From Naegleria gruberi (lineage: Eukaryota), in the NCBI GenBank assembly GCA_000004985.1, contig GG738921.1: 64,000 bases of DNA; one strand, 5' to 3'. Both the position numbers and the translations under genes were made by a program. Under the pieces are notes generated by a model that saw only the letters and a program-made list of their open reading frames with translations, searched no databases and was not told where the DNA came from. Positions 60,709 to 64,000 of the stretch are shown here, piece by piece (position 1 is the first letter of the stretch; every line of letters begins with the position of its first letter).

Positions 60709-60754
60709 AATAAACACATGTTTCTAATGGAATTCCAGAATGTAGTGATTTATT

Positions 60755-63487
60755 CTAGAATAAAAACTCGCAGTCAGCAAATCTTGAACTATCCACTAAT
60801 TTTTCAAGTTTTCTAATCATGAAAATCCAACTATTGTTGTGTTCTGTCTTTTTGGTAAAAAACACAATCATATTATCCAATCCAATACTCAGGTTCAAAT
60901 CATATCCATATCTAGCTAAGTATGGAGCAAATCTAACCTTTAGCAAAGACAAATGATTAAATTGAACCATTTTTTCACTCTCTTTGATAAATTTAGTTCC
61001 ATCCTCTTGCTCGTCTTCATTTTCAGGTACAGCACTTATTGATCTGATTCCAGATGAGTCTCCAGAGAAGAAGAATGTTCTATCATCTCTTATTGAGCTA
61101 TTAGCTTGATGATATTGGAAAGGAACTAACATTTTGTTCAAATAGTTAGAATTGTGAATACCCGTAATAAATCTAGAATCTAAATTTTTCGTAGCATCTT
61201 TAGAACATTCCAGTACCATCGAATATTGTTCAGAAAAAATTGATGAAGGACGGAGCTTGTTCAAAGTCTCATGTATCTTGAAGTGAGTTGTGAAACTGTA
61301 AAATGACGGGTAGCCAATCTCACTATAAGCATTACTTCCTAAAATAAAGCTGGTATAGTCTTCTAGTGAAAAAATAACACCTTCTGGTAATTTAGAAATA
61401 TTTACAATATTACCATGTAACCTATTTTCCAAAGTATTAAAGTACATTTTAAATTCAAAATCAGATTTTTCAATCAAAATTGGATAAGGAAGAGGATTTT
61501 GAATCCTAGTCAGATCATTACGTTCAATGAGTGTCAAAACTTCTAAATTTTCCTTCCAGTTATCGTATGCATCTCCAATTAGTATTGATCCTGATTCTGT
61601 AAGAACATCCGTAAAGGCTCTAAAGTATTGTGTATCGCTATCAAAGTAGGCATCGACTGGTACAACATGTCGTTTTGACTCATTATTAATATCATTTCTA
61701 TTCCTGAAATTTTCGCATCCTTTTGGCCCTATTTGCAGGAAAGGATTCAGAAGAGAAAAGGTCAGTAAATGTGCAGCGTAACCCTTTGCTGGGAAGTGAT
61801 AAAGTTTGTTACATTTAGTAACAATAAATGATTCATAAAATGTGTTAACAAGTTGATGAACTCCTTGATAACCTTTCTGAGTAAAGCAAAATTGATTTTC
61901 AAAGAAAATGAGATCCTTTCTCTTATGTGAAATGTTCAAAACAAACAGTTCAGTGATATTTTTTGTCAAATCAATTTCACTGAAAATGTCTAGAGAAAGT
62001 AGAGTGCATATTTGAATTGCGAATTGATAATTTGTAATTATTTCAGTGAAAATCAAGTATGCTAAATCTCTCAAAAATAGTGTTTCAAATGAAGAATACT
62101 TTCCTGCTTGAAGATATCCATCCTTAAATACTGCTATTAATAATTGAATAATATCATTGGAAGTGATATGTTCTTCAACAGATGATATCAGTTGGATAAG
62201 TGTTTCAAGTCTTTTCATGGCATTTTGACTTTGAATAGTTTTATCCTCTACTTTAGGTGCTTCATTAATTCCTTCCAGAACAGTGAATCCAATTTGTTCC
62301 ATTTCGAATGAGAATGAGTTAATCCAATCTTTGATAATATGGAAGATATCTAAAGAATTCATTATTTGCCAAAGCCAATAGCACGTAGATTTCTGGACTA
62401 CATATCCATTAAATATCAAGTCCTTGCTTCTGCCAATATTTTGTGAAATTAAGTATTCCCTAATGCTTTCTGTAGTGACTGTTGAGATTCTACAAAGAAT
62501 AAATTGTGAGCTTTCAAAATTATGTAATCTTCCAGAAAAGTAAATGTTTCCTTGCTCTGTTACAAGTATTGTGTGCTGAGAACCGCATGCAACTTTGACT
62601 GGTCGTTCATTGTGAAATAAAGAAGAAGTTACTTGTTGAGCTTTGCATGGTTCTGTATGTGAACAATTTGGAATTGATAATTGTTTTTGTAAATTTTGCC
62701 CAAAAGCATACAATTGATTAGATTCGGTAATGAAGAAGGCAAAATCAGCTCCGTTATGAATTGATTCAATTTTTTCTTCCACCATACAATCACCATCGTA
62801 TAGTGAAATCTTTGATAGAGTTTCCACAGACTGTATTCCATCTCCAACATCACCTGTATTTAAAAATATTATTATTGTTTCGAATAGAAATTACAACTTA
62901 CCAATAATATAAACTTGTGAATCACATTCATTTAAAATCATGGTACCATTTTCCAAACTAACAATCTGTTTTATCCTAAACTTTGCACCTTCCACTCTAT
63001 CAGGAATTTTAACTCCGATCAAGTATGTCATCAAGCTGTCATCCTCTGCCAAATCCAATCCAAAGTTCTTCTCCTTCTCTCCCAACTCTCCATTCGGTTT
63101 TAAATCAGCAAGTTCCGCAAAATTTACTCTCCTTTGCATCCTTTGTACAAATGATTTAATTTGTTTCTCATAATCATCAATATCAATCAAACATTGTGTA
63201 TTAGTATTTCTACCAGTAACAAATACAATATTTTGCAACGGATTATCCTCATCACCTTCTTCTCTCCAATATTTTCTCTTCTTTGAACCATCACCATCAC
63301 CACCAGCACCACTACCATTACCATCATCACTCTCATCCATATTTTCGGAAGAGATCGCCCGATCAGATGAAAATAATTCCACTTCACCAGTACCTTCCGG
63401 AATGATCGACGTGGAAAATCCTAACAAACTGGCCTGTAAAGCAAAATTTAGAGCAGCCAAATGGATCGGAGCGGCTGATGAAAGCAT
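60755..63487 (-). CDS. Large RCC1-like-repeat protein with a long C-terminal region of unknown function. Exons 62902..63487 and 60755..62853; 48-bp GTAAGT..ATACAG intron.
   Basis: N-terminal blades (IVFVTGRNTNTQCLI, LYAFGQNLQKQLS, VKVACGSQHTILVTEQGNIYFSGRL). The exons join in frame (..YIIG|DVGDG..). Confidence 0.5.
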
Positions 63488-64000
63488 TTTGATGTAATTT
63501 TTTTAAAATTTTAATTATAATAAAATTAAAAGATTTCTTGTTGTGATGGTGATCATCAAATAGTGAAGATTCAGACCATTAGTATTAAAATTCAAGTTTG
63601 TTGTTATCAATTAAATCAAACAAATAAAAAATTTGAAAAAAAAATAATCACTTCATCTCAGCATTGCTGATTATCTTCATCATTTCAATACGGAATACAT
63701 TGATATTCAATGTACATCATCTTTGGATATCCATCAATAGTAGAATAGTAATTTTATTGTTTGAAATTTTAATCATCAAGAAATTTAATATCATCATCAC
63801 TTGGGAAAAATTTCAAATCAATAAATACATCTCGGATGTTGTTAGAACAGGTTAATTTGCTGTTCTAATAGTATTTTAAATAGTATTCCGCAAGTTTACT
63901 CTTTGAAATTATTTTTAATTTGGCTCAAAGTCGATTTTCATCAAAATCATTAAAATCGGCCTATCTACTTGGTCATCACAAAAACCATCAATTGGAGATT

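Noticed and set aside
1-64000. Prokaryotic-style systems (CRISPR arrays, defence islands, operons).
   Set aside because: The window is eukaryotic nuclear DNA (spliceosomal introns, histone H3, pol III tRNA genes with A/B boxes). No CRISPR-like repeat-spacer arrays are present.

Overview
This 64-kb window is AT-rich (about one-third GC) eukaryotic nuclear DNA from a draft assembly. It has four N-gaps (9130-9179, 16568-16617, 33276-34063, 56270-56319), a single N at 16703, and at least six apparent single-base frameshifts inside otherwise well-conserved genes. Gene style points to an amoebozoan, most plausibly a dictyostelid social amoeba, but I cannot name the species. The basis for that is short GTAAGT..AG introns of about 45-175 bp, poly-N/T/S/His low-complexity tracts, an ACG-like receptor adenylyl cyclase, RGS and 7TM-RGS proteins, and tRNA-associated repeats. 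It is not prokaryotic: there is no CRISPR, operon or defence-island structure. I can support about 35 protein-coding genes and three intact tRNA genes (Gly-TCC, Arg-CCT, Phe-GAA). The coding genes include a receptor adenylyl cyclase, an intron-containing histone H3 variant, an actin-related protein, a CDF zinc transporter, an ABCB half-transporter, an MFS transporter, a VWA8-like AAA+VWA protein, three RGS-domain proteins, a DUF4116-like repeat protein, ZZ/F-box/LRR proteins and an ankyrin/alpha-beta-hydrolase protein. Structures that stand out are: (i) a head-to-head inverted pair of paralogous DOMON-DOMON-ferric-reductase genes whose 3' 1.6 kb are near-identical while the 5' halves are diverged; (ii) a tRNA-Gly(GCC) gene split by a 309-bp insertion flanked by a duplicated 7-nt T-loop sequence; (iii) an 823-bp MITE-like element with about 75-bp terminal inverted repeats and TA flanks, 58 bp downstream of tRNA-Phe; (iv) a candidate 4-nt micro-exon in the ABC gene; and (v) two convergent genes whose stop codons overlap. 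All protein identifications come from reading motifs in the supplied translations by eye; none was confirmed by a database search.
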